Notes: generated by a model from the sequence alone, not told the origin. 64,000 nucleotides of DNA from an uncultured Gammaproteobacteria bacterium (GCA_964518565.1 CAZFGX010000001.1:460470-524469); one strand, 5' to 3'; shown: positions 9,735 to 18,847, counted from the stretch's first letter. Translations and numbers: made by a program.

Positions 9735-10676
9735 CTACGAAACTGCCTCGGCTTGCCGCCGTCGACTCCGCCAAACTATCAATATCAATATAAATATCCC
9801 TAAAACCAATGCGCCAATAATGGCTACAGAAGTCTTAGAAAACATCTGATTTTTGGCTTGAATAGTAATATTTAGATCTACTCGTTTCACATCTCCAGAC
9901 AAAAATACCTTTTGTTCGCCTGTATAACCCTGATAGGCAATGGTCACCGTATGCTCACCAGCTTCTACTTGATCAAACACCACCTCACCTAGACTATTTG
10001 TCTTGCCTGTGCGCGGTTCGGAATGCAATGTCACCTCTGCTTGGTCTACTGGTTTTTGCTGCTGATCTTTTACTGAAATTTTTACCTGATAGTCATTGGT
10101 TACGGCAGGAGAGACGGTAGGTGTGGTAGAAATAGGAATAACTGGCCCAGGTGTTGGGGTGGGAATGACCATTTCCGAAGTCAGTTCTAATTGATTATTT
10201 GCGGTATATGACCGAGTTTTGGTTGACAATTCATTTGACCAACCACCAACTGCACAACCATTACCGCCTCTGACTCTAAAATAATACGTGGAATTAGCGT
10301 TTAACTTTGACACGGTATAAATATGAGTATTTTTATCGCCGATATTTTCACTTCCATATTGATACGCGCCAGTAGAGGTACCATATTCCAATACATAGTG
10401 GTCGATTGGATCATCTGCCGAAGTGAAATACAGTTGCACGGTAGATGTACTCGTAACTATTGCCCCATACAACCACGGCACCTTTCCACCTGGAGTCGCA
10501 TCTAAACACCCTGGTTTGCTGGGTGTATTGTTTGACGATGTGGTAGTGGAAGAGGAGCTGTCGTATGTGCTTCCTGAGTATGTTCCACTACCATATGTGC
10601 TAGCTAAAACAGAATTTGGACCACTAAATACCCACAACCCAAAAAACATCAGACTGGTAAGTAGTATTTTTTTCAT
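9735..10676 (-). CDS. cell-surface protein with Ser/Thr-rich region, fibronectin-III-like domain and C-terminal membrane anchor
   Basis: Signal peptide MKKILLTSLMFFGLWVFS, STYYFRVRGGN (Fn3-like), C-terminal TM plus RSRRRQ. Confidence 0.55.
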   Translation of the reverse strand: MKKILLTSLMFFGLWVFSGPNSVLASTYGSGTYSGSTYDSSSSTTTSSNNTPSKPGCLDATPGGKVPWLYGAIVTSTSTVQLYFTSADDPIDHYVLEYGTSTGAYQYGSENIGDKNTHIYTVSKLNANSTYYFRVRGGNGCAVGGWSNELSTKTRSYTANNQLELTSEMVIPTPTPGPVIPISTTPTVSPAVTNDYQVKISVKDQQQKPVDQAEVTLHSEPRTGKTNSLGEVVFDQVEAGEHTVTIAYQGYTGEQKVFLSGDVKRVDLNITIQAKNQMFSKTSVAIIGALVLGIFILILIVWRSRRRQAEAVS

Positions 10677-10700
10677 CACAGGTATAAAATAAAACAAGCT

Positions 10701-10880
10701 ATGTTCGGAATCGGCTTGCAAGAACTCATTGTTATTTTACTCATTATCTTACTCCTTTTTGGAGGCAAAAATTTGCCTGAATTATCCAAAAATATTGGCG
10801 CCGCACTAAAAGAACTGCGCAAAGGTCTAACAGGTGAATCAGACAATGACAGTAGTAATAAAAACAAAAAAACCAAATAA
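10701..10880 (+). CDS. tatA: twin-arginine translocase subunit TatA/E
   Basis: MFGIGLQELIVILLIILLLFGGKNLPELSKNIGAALKELRKG; 59 aa, below the cutoff of the supplied ORF track. Confidence 0.8.
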   Translation: MFGIGLQELIVILLIILLLFGGKNLPELSKNIGAALKELRKGLTGESDNDSSNKNKKTK

Positions 10881-11652
10881 CCGCCAGACACTTCTTTTTC
10901 ACCTTCTCGAACTTCGTAGCCGAATATTTCACTATATTATTACTCTTTTAGTTGTATCTCTGCTTGCATACACCCAGCACGAAAAAATCTTGAAATTTAT
11001 CGTGCTGCCATTAAACCAACCTTTATTCTATTCCACCCCTACTGGAGCGTTTGATTCAATAGTAAAAGTTTGTTTGTTTACAGGGTTTATTTTGACAATA
11101 CCAGTTTTAATTTATCAAATTCTTAGCTTTGTCACCCCTACAATTTCCACTTCAAATAAAAAAACTTTGATCAAAATAATTATTTCTTCATGTGTGTCAA
11201 TGGTTATCGGCATTGGTTTTGCCTTTTTTGTGACTCTACCAGCCGCATTAAAATTTTTAAACACATTTGGTACATCTAATATTCATTCACTCATCACCAC
11301 CGATGCATATCTAAATTTTATCGTTCGCTATTTATTAGGATTTGGCATCTATTTCCAATTACCGATCGTACTCTGGATAATCGACAGTATTCACCCCTTG
11401 CCTCTAAAAATATTATTTTCAGCTCAACGTTGGGTCATTTTAATCAGTGTTATTTTTGCCGCAGTAATTACGCCTACTCCAGATATCATCAATTTGGCAC
11501 TTATGGCAGTGCCTTGCATTATTTTGTATCAAATATCTGTAGTAGTTTTATGGCTAATTCATAGAAAAAAATTGACAATACAGCCACAAAAATTTAAACT
11601 AAAAAAGTATGCAAATTCAAAAGTTATTAAGCAAAAAAATGACCCGGCGTGA
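10846..11652 (+). CDS. tatC: twin-arginine translocase subunit TatC (start uncertain, overlaps tatA)
   Basis: FHLLELRSRI, six TM segments, ITPTPDIINLALMAVP. Confidence 0.8.
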   Translation: MTVVIKTKKPNNRQTLLFHLLELRSRIFHYIITLLVVSLLAYTQHEKILKFIVLPLNQPLFYSTPTGAFDSIVKVCLFTGFILTIPVLIYQILSFVTPTISTSNKKTLIKIIISSCVSMVIGIGFAFFVTLPAALKFLNTFGTSNIHSLITTDAYLNFIVRYLLGFGIYFQLPIVLWIIDSIHPLPLKILFSAQRWVILISVIFAAVITPTPDIINLALMAVPCIILYQISVVVLWLIHRKKLTIQPQKFKLKKYANSKVIKQKNDPA

Positions 11653-11782
11653 ATTTTTGATATTTGCTGGAGTATCTCTTATTGGTCTTACTGGATTTGG
11701 TCAGTTACTCAGTCCTTCACCTGCGAAAAAGAAATCTGCAGATTTCGGGTATGGTACCTACGGAGGAACCTCAAAAATATAA
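11639..11782 (+). CDS. 47-aa ORF that is a twin-arginine (Tat) signal peptide, in frame with the downstream beta-helix gene and separated only by a TAA
   Basis: MTRREFLIFAGVSLIGLTGFGQLLSPSPA-KKK (T-R-R-x-F-L plus h-region plus AxA-like site); same reading frame as 11786. Confidence 0.5.
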   Translation: MTRREFLIFAGVSLIGLTGFGQLLSPSPAKKKSADFGYGTYGGTSKI

Positions 11783-11785
11783 CCT

Positions 11786-13285
11786 ATGTCAGCTAGATTG
11801 CCCACCGTCGGAGGGGATGACGGTAACTGGGGAACTATTCTCAACCAGTTTCTTCAAGTTGCTCACAATACCGACGGTACGCTCAAAAACTATCTCTATA
11901 ATGTCAAAGACTATGGTGCGGTCGCGGACGGCTCTACAGACGATCGCTCCGCCATTCAGTCAGCTATAGATGCAGCCGCTACTGCTGGTGGGGGTATCGT
12001 ATTCCTCCCTGCAGGTACGTACATAGTAGGTGCCAACTCTTCTACCCCGACTAATAATATTGCCTGTGCTTTACGTCTAGGAAACCATGTTTGGCTTGTT
12101 GGCGCAGGAATGTATAGCACTATTATCAAGTTGGCTGCCAGCGCCAACGTGAGTGTTATCTCCAACTACATCTCTACCAATGGGACTGAAGCCAATGCAG
12201 AATTTTGTGCCATTCGGGATCTACAAATTCACGGTAACAAATCGAGCCAATCAGGCACGAGCCATGGAATATATTTTAGTTGTTACCCTTCTGGGTCAAA
12301 AGCCACGAATGACGACGATTTTGATACTCATCAGCTTTTTGACAATGTCATGATTTACCAGTGTCTAAACAATGGCTTTTATATGACCAATCGCAGCTCT
12401 TCTATACTCAACAACGTCTTCAGTTACAAATGTGACGGCTATGGTTTCAATCCTACATATGACACAGTACTTACTGGCTGTGTTTCAGGCTGGTCAGGTG
12501 TCCAGGGATTTTATGTAGATCATGCCAGTGTGACCTTGGAAGGTTGTAAAGCGTTTTATTCTGGCCAATCAACCGCCGCATCAGGAAACGGCTTTCATAT
12601 TCGCAATAACACCAATGGCGGCGTCTCACTTACTGGTTGTATAGCTCAAGACAATAAAAATTGTGGCTTCACACTAGATACCTCAAATCGAACTACCTTA
12701 GTAGGCTGCGTCGCCGACTCAAACTCTACTCGATCTGCGTCAATCTCACCTGGTTTTGATTTATACGCCGCTACATATAGCACATTATCTGGATGTCTGG
12801 CATTTGAACGAAAAGCCGACAATAGCAACTCATACCAACGCAACGCCTTACGTGTTCGTTCCAGCAGCACGAACAACCGAATTGAAATTACTCATTCTGC
12901 TGCCAATTCTGCCACGATTAGTACGGCTATTATGTCCAGCTCAGATAGTCTGGAAGGCAATACTATTATGATCAATAACCAAGGTTTCAATAGTTCTCAA
13001 AGTGTGACCTATGCTTCCAGTATCACTCCAGACCCATACGCCGGCAGTACACTCCGATTGACGCTCACTGGAAACATCACCATTGGTGCTACCACCAATC
13101 ATCATGCCGGTTCACGTATGACATTTATTTTTACACAGGGCGGCAGTGGGGGATATACCGTTACCTGGAACGCAGTCTACAAGGTGAGTTGGTCGCCGGA
13201 CACCACATTGGGGAAAATTAATACCATTACTTTTCAATACGACGGTACCAACTGGGTGCAAATTGGTGCCGCCACCGGCCTGTAA
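11786..13285 (+). CDS. right-handed parallel beta-helix protein (pectate-lyase superfamily / tailspike-like glycosidase fold)
   Basis: YNVKDYGAVADGSTDDRSAIQSAIDAAATAGGGIVFLPAGTYIV followed by repetitive N/G/S/T-rich beta-helix turns; 499 aa. Confidence 0.7.
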   Translation: MSARLPTVGGDDGNWGTILNQFLQVAHNTDGTLKNYLYNVKDYGAVADGSTDDRSAIQSAIDAAATAGGGIVFLPAGTYIVGANSSTPTNNIACALRLGNHVWLVGAGMYSTIIKLAASANVSVISNYISTNGTEANAEFCAIRDLQIHGNKSSQSGTSHGIYFSCYPSGSKATNDDDFDTHQLFDNVMIYQCLNNGFYMTNRSSSILNNVFSYKCDGYGFNPTYDTVLTGCVSGWSGVQGFYVDHASVTLEGCKAFYSGQSTAASGNGFHIRNNTNGGVSLTGCIAQDNKNCGFTLDTSNRTTLVGCVADSNSTRSASISPGFDLYAATYSTLSGCLAFERKADNSNSYQRNALRVRSSSTNNRIEITHSAANSATISTAIMSSSDSLEGNTIMINNQGFNSSQSVTYASSITPDPYAGSTLRLTLTGNITIGATTNHHAGSRMTFIFTQGGSGGYTVTWNAVYKVSWSPDTTLGKINTITFQYDGTNWVQIGAATGL

Positions 13286-13315
13286 AATAGCTTCGATCGC
13301 GTATAATAGGATCAG

Positions 13316-13441
13316 ATCACTTAACAATTTGCCCCTGTAGCTCAATAGCGACCGAGTCTGCGAGGGAGATATACCTGGAGACCCTCGCGCACAAGCGACG
13401 AGGAAGAGGTCGCCAGGTATGGATCAGATATTTAACAATTT
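13316..13441 (+). repeat. partial 5' duplication of tRNA-Arg (10 nt of upstream sequence plus tRNA nt 1-16) interrupted in the D-loop by an 83-nt structured insert, then tRNA nt 17-24
   Basis: ttaacaatttgcccctgtagctcaat occurs twice (13321- and 13432-); the insert contains hairpin gcgaggg...ccctcgc and an outer gcgacc/ggtcgc stem. Confidence 0.7.
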
Positions 13442-13514
13442 GCCCCTGTAGCTCAATGGATCAGAGCGTCGGTCTTCGGAACCGTAGATGAGGGTTCGAT
13501 TCCTTCCAGGGGCA
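13442..13514 (+). tRNA. tRNA-Arg (anticodon read as TCG)
   Basis: Acceptor gcccctg/caggggc, anticodon loop ctTCGga, T-loop ttcgatt; no CCA encoded. Confidence 0.7.
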
Positions 13515-13543
13515 CAGATTTGTCTTATCACGATAAATAGATT

Positions 13544-13918
13544 ATGGCTGTAATAAAGCTAAAAAGACTGTTTATATTAATCAGTCTCGTGATTATTATT
13601 TTTATATCTGCTCTAGCAGGGCTAATTTGGTATTCGGTTTACTCAGACGGGCCACAAAGCTGGAATCCCTGGATTAATGTATACGATGCACAGTCCTGCC
13701 ATGAAAAAATGGGGAATGCTCAGTGCAACATAAAAAATTGGGGCGAAACACAAGAAGTCTCGCTAGAAAATACATTGCAAAAAAATCTTGGTTCGTCAGT
13801 TACCGTACAAGATATAATTTGTGAGGATCACTCGCGAACATCAGACAAGGTTTCTTTAATTTCTTTACATTCAAAAGTTAAATTTGGTCATGTTTACCAT
13901 TGCTGGTTTAAAAGTTAA
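13544..13918 (+). CDS. small membrane-anchored Cys-containing hypothetical protein
   Basis: N-terminal TM LFILISLVIIIFISALAGLIWY; 124 aa. Confidence 0.35.
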   Translation: MAVIKLKRLFILISLVIIIFISALAGLIWYSVYSDGPQSWNPWINVYDAQSCHEKMGNAQCNIKNWGETQEVSLENTLQKNLGSSVTVQDIICEDHSRTSDKVSLISLHSKVKFGHVYHCWFKS

Positions 13919-13936
13919 TGCTGCTAAAATAGCAAT

Positions 13937-14677
13937 GTGCCTATCTCTCTCCGAGCCAATCTGTTAAAAGCAGAAGTCGCTCAGGTATACAAAACTCTTA
14001 TACACGAAGGCGTCGAAATTCAGCCGGTCTCTTGGTATGCCTCAGCCTTTATAGTACACAACAAATCCACCTCCGAACTCACTCAGCTCCAAAGTTACAA
14101 AGACGGCCTGTTTTATATTCAAAATCTGTCCAGTATGTTACCAGTTCTTGCGCTCGATCCTCAGCCAGAGGAAAAAATACTCGATTTATGTGCTGCTCCC
14201 GGTAGTAAAACCACGCAAATTGCTTCAGAAACATTTGGTAAATCATTGATCACAGCTGTAGATATTAGTCGAGATCGTCTGTACAAACTCAAAGCAATTC
14301 TAGAAAAACAGAATGTCACCAATGTGCAAATACTAAATACTCCTGGCGAATTTTTGTGGAAAAAATATCCAGATTATTTTGACAAAGTCTTAGTCGATGC
14401 ACCGTGTAGTATGGAACAGGGGGATGGGACTCAAGAAAAGCGCGCCAAAATCCTAGCTCAAAAACAAAAATATCTGCTCCGCTCCGCTGTGTCCTGTTGT
14501 CGGCCTGGAGGGACAATCATATACTCTACCTGCAGTATTACCAGAGTAGAGAACGAAGAAAATATCGACTGGATATTGTCCAAAGAACCGGATAAAGTCA
14601 TTTGTGAATACGCCGTCCGTGTTTGGCCAGACGAACTTGCGGAAGGATTTTTCTTGGCCAAGCTTATTCGAAAATAA
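13937..14677 (+). CDS. rRNA cytosine-C5 methyltransferase, NOL1/NOP2/Sun (RsmB/RsmF) family
   Basis: ILDLCAAPGSKTTQIA (SAM binding), VLVDAPCS, TIIYSTCSI. Confidence 0.8.
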   Translation: MPISLRANLLKAEVAQVYKTLIHEGVEIQPVSWYASAFIVHNKSTSELTQLQSYKDGLFYIQNLSSMLPVLALDPQPEEKILDLCAAPGSKTTQIASETFGKSLITAVDISRDRLYKLKAILEKQNVTNVQILNTPGEFLWKKYPDYFDKVLVDAPCSMEQGDGTQEKRAKILAQKQKYLLRSAVSCCRPGGTIIYSTCSITRVENEENIDWILSKEPDKVICEYAVRVWPDELAEGFFLAKLIRK

Positions 14678-14679
14678 AA

Positions 14680-15825
14680 ATGAAAAAATATTTGCTTATT
14701 GGTCTGGGAATTATTTTAATTTTGTTGGGATTGCGAATCTATAAAACGTACAAAGGCTTTGCGCCCATACTCTCAAACTCACCCACAAAACCAATAGATA
14801 ATACTCCACAAAACACCACAGGCCTGCCACTCACAATAGTCCCAGGTTACAAAATATCTCTGTTTGCCACAAATTTGGGCAACCCACGAGACTTACAATG
14901 GGATCCTCAGGGAGTGCTTTTGGCTTCAATACCAGACCAAGGCCGAGTAGTCGCGCTGCCAGATGAAAACAAAGATGGCCAAGCAGACAAACCAGTTACA
15001 GTAGTATTTGGCCTGCACAAACCTCACGGACTAGCCTTTGCCAAAAATACTTTATATATTGGCGAAACGGATAAGGTGGTGAAATATGAATATGACGGCA
15101 AATTGTTTAAAGCCAACAAGCCACAAAAAATTCTGGATTTACCTGGCGGTGGAAATCATTGGACTAGACAACTACTCATAAAAGACAACCAGTTATTTAT
15201 CGCAATTGGATCTAGCTGTAATGTCTGCAAAGAGACTGATACTCGTCGTGCAACGGTTCAAGTAGCCAATTTAGACGGTACCAACCTTCACACTTTTGCC
15301 TCTGGACTCAGAAATTCACCCTTTTTAATAGAAAATCCCTACACCAAGGATATTTGGGCTACGGAAATGGGCAGAGATAATCTTGGCGACGACACACCGC
15401 CAGACGAAATAAATATCCTTAAAGCAGACAAAAACTATGGCTGGCCGATTTGCTATGGTCAAAATATTCATGACCAAAATTTTGATAAAAATACCTATAT
15501 TCAAAACCCCTGTAGTCAAACCCTACAGGCTACGGTAGATCTACCAGCTCACTCAGCACCTTTAGGCCTGGCCTTCGCATCAAAAGATACACTTCTGGTA
15601 GCTTTTCATGGTTCTTGGAATAGAAGCGTCCCAACAGGCTACAAAATCGTTTCCATCGATATAAAAACCAAACAAATTTCAGATTTTGTCACTGGCTGGC
15701 TGGTATCTCCAAAAAATGCCATTGGTCGACCGGTAGATTTATTGTTTGACTCACAAAAGAATTTATATGTCTCAGATGACAAATCCGGAAATATCTACAA
15801 GATCACTCCACTTTCGCCCCAATAA
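14680..15825 (+). CDS. secreted beta-propeller sugar dehydrogenase-like protein (sorbosone/glucose dehydrogenase family)
   Basis: N-terminal TM/signal, HGLAF, repeated propeller blades, C-terminal NLYVSDDKSGNIYKI. Confidence 0.55.
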   Translation: MKKYLLIGLGIILILLGLRIYKTYKGFAPILSNSPTKPIDNTPQNTTGLPLTIVPGYKISLFATNLGNPRDLQWDPQGVLLASIPDQGRVVALPDENKDGQADKPVTVVFGLHKPHGLAFAKNTLYIGETDKVVKYEYDGKLFKANKPQKILDLPGGGNHWTRQLLIKDNQLFIAIGSSCNVCKETDTRRATVQVANLDGTNLHTFASGLRNSPFLIENPYTKDIWATEMGRDNLGDDTPPDEINILKADKNYGWPICYGQNIHDQNFDKNTYIQNPCSQTLQATVDLPAHSAPLGLAFASKDTLLVAFHGSWNRSVPTGYKIVSIDIKTKQISDFVTGWLVSPKNAIGRPVDLLFDSQKNLYVSDDKSGNIYKITPLSPQ

Positions 15826-16096
15826 AGTCCAAGTATGGCAAGACCTTTTTAACTTCAGCTCTAAATTTTTCTGCCAGACCTGCAGAATATTTTGCCTTGC
15901 CACCTGACTCCATTTTGGAACACAGTTTACGCTCTGCGTCTTCCACGGCACGTAAAATTGGTCTTCCTAGACGGTTAAATTCTTCTTGTACTGTAATCTG
16001 ATCTTTCCCGTATAAATCATGGATGGGTTTAAATGCATCAAAATCCTGCTTATGTAAAGAGATCAATTCTTCGACTGCTTTTTTGTATAAAGTCAT
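15803..16096 (-). CDS. hypothetical small protein
   Basis: 97-aa ORF downstream of the vWA gene on the same strand. Confidence 0.3.
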   Translation of the reverse strand: MTLYKKAVEELISLHKQDFDAFKPIHDLYGKDQITVQEEFNRLGRPILRAVEDAERKLCSKMESGGKAKYSAGLAEKFRAEVKKVLPYLDFIGAKVE

Positions 16097-16097
16097 A

Positions 16098-17321
16098 TTA
16101 TTGTAAAAACCGTTTAAAATTCAATTTTGCGCTGGTGGCGCTAGTAATAGACGTCTCTATTACATCAGAGAATACATTTGCCAATGAATAAGAGTCAGGA
16201 GCAGTATACGTCTTCTTGACAAAGATTTTGTCCCCATTTAATACGGTATTTAACATTTGAATAGTTTTATCATAAATATACTGACTATTCGGTACATAAT
16301 CTTCTGGTCGAGGAGCCATCAAAACCGCATAAGAGTCTACTTCATCGGGTTTTTGTCCAAAGCGAGCTGAACCTTGATTAATCTGCCATGTACCAGGAGA
16401 CCACTGATAGGTTTGTGGTGCCAGACTGCATGCCAAATAATTCAAAGCTTGGTTACTGCAACCACCATTGTTTTCATCCAAACTACAATCAGACGTCCCA
16501 CAATTGGCATTCGTCAAAGCAGTATTTGGTAAACCGTCTGTGATAAGTACAAAAATCTTTTTTACCATTGGAGAAACACTATAGTAGCCGTCAGCTACCA
16601 TTCCCGGAGCTCCTAAATTCGTACCTGCACCATTTTGTGCCACAGGTGGTAATAAATTTGGCGAATCGCAAATCCAGGCATCGTCCTGGGTGTACCATGT
16701 TTGTGCGGTCAATTTATTCAGAGTAGTTTGATGATCGTTTGTTGGATACTGAGTCCAATCAGCCGCTCGCCGGGTCGCAATAATACCCAAATAATATTTA
16801 TCTTTGCTGGTTTGATCTAGATTTGTAATATTTGTCACCAAAGACACAAAGGCTTGTTGGGCACGTGTGATCCGATGTGTGGAGTCGCTAGGGGAGACTG
16901 GATCATTCATAGACGGTGAACAATCAAATCCTACAATAAATTCCACCTTATTAAATTTTTCTAGACTTCCTGAAATAAGTTCAGATTCAACCTTCATATT
17001 ATTAGACGCATATGGCCATTTGGCCAAAAAGGTAATCAGTGTTCCTCCGGGTGTTGCTGTAGTATTTACATCTAGAGTTTTTCCCGCCCCGATATTTTGA
17101 GAATAAGTACCTGGTGTATAGCTAGGATAAAACAACATTTTTGTCACCACATCCACTGTTTCAAATTCAGCTCGATACGACGCGTTGGTCAAATCATAGA
17201 AAGACTGTTTTCGATTAATAGCCAGTAGTAAACGAGACTCCCAGGCTAACAACAAAAAAATCATCACTACTGACACCATAACCACGACAACAAATGAAAC
17301 AATGCCTTTTGTATTTCTCAT
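16098..17321 (-). CDS. pilus-associated von Willebrand factor A (vWA) domain protein with N-terminal TM anchor (module A)
   Basis: MIDAS DxSxS (GFDCSPSMN), VLITDGLPNT, many extracellular Cys; paralog of 20936-22150. Confidence 0.7.
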   Translation of the reverse strand: MRNTKGIVSFVVVVMVSVVMIFLLLAWESRLLLAINRKQSFYDLTNASYRAEFETVDVVTKMLFYPSYTPGTYSQNIGAGKTLDVNTTATPGGTLITFLAKWPYASNNMKVESELISGSLEKFNKVEFIVGFDCSPSMNDPVSPSDSTHRITRAQQAFVSLVTNITNLDQTSKDKYYLGIIATRRAADWTQYPTNDHQTTLNKLTAQTWYTQDDAWICDSPNLLPPVAQNGAGTNLGAPGMVADGYYSVSPMVKKIFVLITDGLPNTALTNANCGTSDCSLDENNGGCSNQALNYLACSLAPQTYQWSPGTWQINQGSARFGQKPDEVDSYAVLMAPRPEDYVPNSQYIYDKTIQMLNTVLNGDKIFVKKTYTAPDSYSLANVFSDVIETSITSATSAKLNFKRFLQ

Positions 17322-17818
17322 AGAGTGACTGCCTGTTTTCGATTAGATACAACAATATCAACAGTATCAGTAGTAGTGGACACATTGCTCCGCATGGTCA
17401 ATGAAATTTTATAGCTTGGATATACAGTGCCATTAGAGTCTACTGCAGTAGTAAACGCAGTAATTTTAAATGCGTTTACCACGACATTTGAACCACTAAT
17501 GGGGGATTCGGTATTGGCTGCAATATCCTTTTTTACCAATACGCCATTGGAAATATAATAAGAAGTTTGGGTATTTATAGTCAGAGTTGCATTACTGTTT
17601 CCATCGCAACTCGTACAAGTAAATGTATTACCCCACTTGATCGCATTTGTTAGTTCTACTGCTGCATCGTTTTTAAATTGTTCTAGAGATTCTTGGTTGA
17701 CTCCTTGAGAATTTTTTGTTGCTGCAGACACAAAAATAAACGTAGATACCGACAAGACAATAGCTGCTAGCCCCATAGACAAAACCAGTTCGATGAGTGT
17801 AAAACCCTTTTGTCTCAT
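17318..17818 (-). CDS. type IV pilin-like (minor pilin/pseudopilin) protein
   Basis: Prepilin N-terminus MRQKGFTLIELVLSMGLAAIVLS; paralog of 22147-22662 (both end ...SNRKQ). Confidence 0.7.
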   Translation of the reverse strand: MRQKGFTLIELVLSMGLAAIVLSVSTFIFVSAATKNSQGVNQESLEQFKNDAAVELTNAIKWGNTFTCTSCDGNSNATLTINTQTSYYISNGVLVKKDIAANTESPISGSNVVVNAFKITAFTTAVDSNGTVYPSYKISLTMRSNVSTTTDTVDIVVSNRKQAVTL

Positions 17819-18339
17819 AAGTTAGAAATAAGTAAAGAGTTACTAATACATTTTGTTTGTTTATTTTCATCCCACTTCACAATTGATGTCAAAACCCTAC
17901 TATGAGTGTCAGCCACATATCCAGAATTGCAAGTTAAAGTAAAACTAGGTTCAGTTACACATGCATCTGTTTGAGCTGGTTTTTGTAGCGTCCCATCATT
18001 AGTATTCCGACACCAAGCAGACACGATCAGTGCTCGGCTATAACGATTTTTTACTAGTTCAGTAGCTCCAGCCGCCAAAGACTGCAGCTGCCAAGCATTT
18101 TGTGGAGAAGACACAGAAGTTACTGTATATCTCCCAGTAGAATAGGCATTCCAGTTCGTCAAAAAAACATTGTAGGCAGATTCCTGTGTTTGTTGCAACA
18201 ACAATGCAGCCTCAGTACCGTATTGTGCTTGTCGATTTCTTACAATCATCAGAGCAATAAGCGGATAGATAGAACTGACTAAAATAGCAATAATCCCAAT
18301 AGAAATCAGTGTATCGATGAGTGTAAATCCTGGTCTCAT
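17815..18339 (-). CDS. type IV pilin-like (minor pilin) protein
   Basis: MRPGFTLIDTLISIGIIAILVSS; paralog of 22659-23186 (shared AYNVFL..W motif). Confidence 0.7.
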   Translation of the reverse strand: MRPGFTLIDTLISIGIIAILVSSIYPLIALMIVRNRQAQYGTEAALLLQQTQESAYNVFLTNWNAYSTGRYTVTSVSSPQNAWQLQSLAAGATELVKNRYSRALIVSAWCRNTNDGTLQKPAQTDACVTEPSFTLTCNSGYVADTHSRVLTSIVKWDENKQTKCISNSLLISNL

Positions 18340-18391
18340 ACCCTATACCATACTAGCACTTTTTGCGTTTGTTGACTAAAATACGCATACT

Positions 18392-18425
18392 GCGGGTATA
18401 GCTCAATGGTAGAGCACCAGTTTTC
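18392..18425 (+). repeat. duplicated 5' portion (nt 1-34, through the anticodon 5' stem and loop start) of tRNA-Gly(TCC)
   Basis: gcgggtatagctcaatggtagagcaccagttttc is identical to the start of the full tRNA at 18745. Confidence 0.8.
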
Positions 18426-18487
18426 TCCGCCAATAGTTTCACAATTTGGCGGATCCGCCTGAATGCAAAGCTTTCGGCGGACAAACT

Positions 18488-18754
18488 ATGTATTACACAT
18501 ACGTACTACATTGTGAGTCTTTAAAAAAGCAAGTTTTTTATACCGGGTATTGTGAAGATCTAAAAAACAGAATAGAAGAACATAAATCTAAAAAAGTACA
18601 GACTACTAAAGTATTTGATAAAATCACTTTGGTCTACTATGAAGCCTGTTTAAATAAAACAGATGCTCGTAAACGAGAAATTCAGTTAAAAACTGGCTTT
18701 GGTAGAGGATATTTGAAAAATAGATTAAAATCCTATTTACAAATGCGGGTATAG
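18488..18754 (+). CDS. GIY-YIG nuclease superfamily protein (UPF0213/YhbQ-like)
   Basis: YTYVLHCES...FYTGYCEDLKNRIEEH...LVYYEA...ARKREIQLK; the last 10 nt overlap the 5' end of tRNA-Gly. Confidence 0.75.
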   Translation: MYYTYVLHCESLKKQVFYTGYCEDLKNRIEEHKSKKVQTTKVFDKITLVYYEACLNKTDARKREIQLKTGFGRGYLKNRLKSYLQMRV

Positions 18755-18818
18755 CTCAATGGTAGAGCACCAGTTTTCCAAACTGGCTACAGGGGTCCGA
18801 TTCCCCTTACCCGCTCCA
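18745..18818 (+). tRNA. tRNA-Gly (anticodon TCC)
   Basis: Acceptor gcgggta/tacccgc, anticodon loop ttTCCaa, CCA encoded. Confidence 0.85.
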
Positions 18819-18847
18819 AGAGTTGCATTAAGGCGTATAGTAAAGAT

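Noticed and set aside
18392-18818. Group I intron with a GIY-YIG homing endonuclease inside tRNA-Gly
   Set aside because: The sequence after the ORF is a complete tRNA starting at nt 1, not the 3' exon that continues from the anticodon loop. The non-ORF portion (about 60 nt) is too short for a P1-P9 group I core. It is kept as a finding in the form of a tRNA-associated cassette instead.
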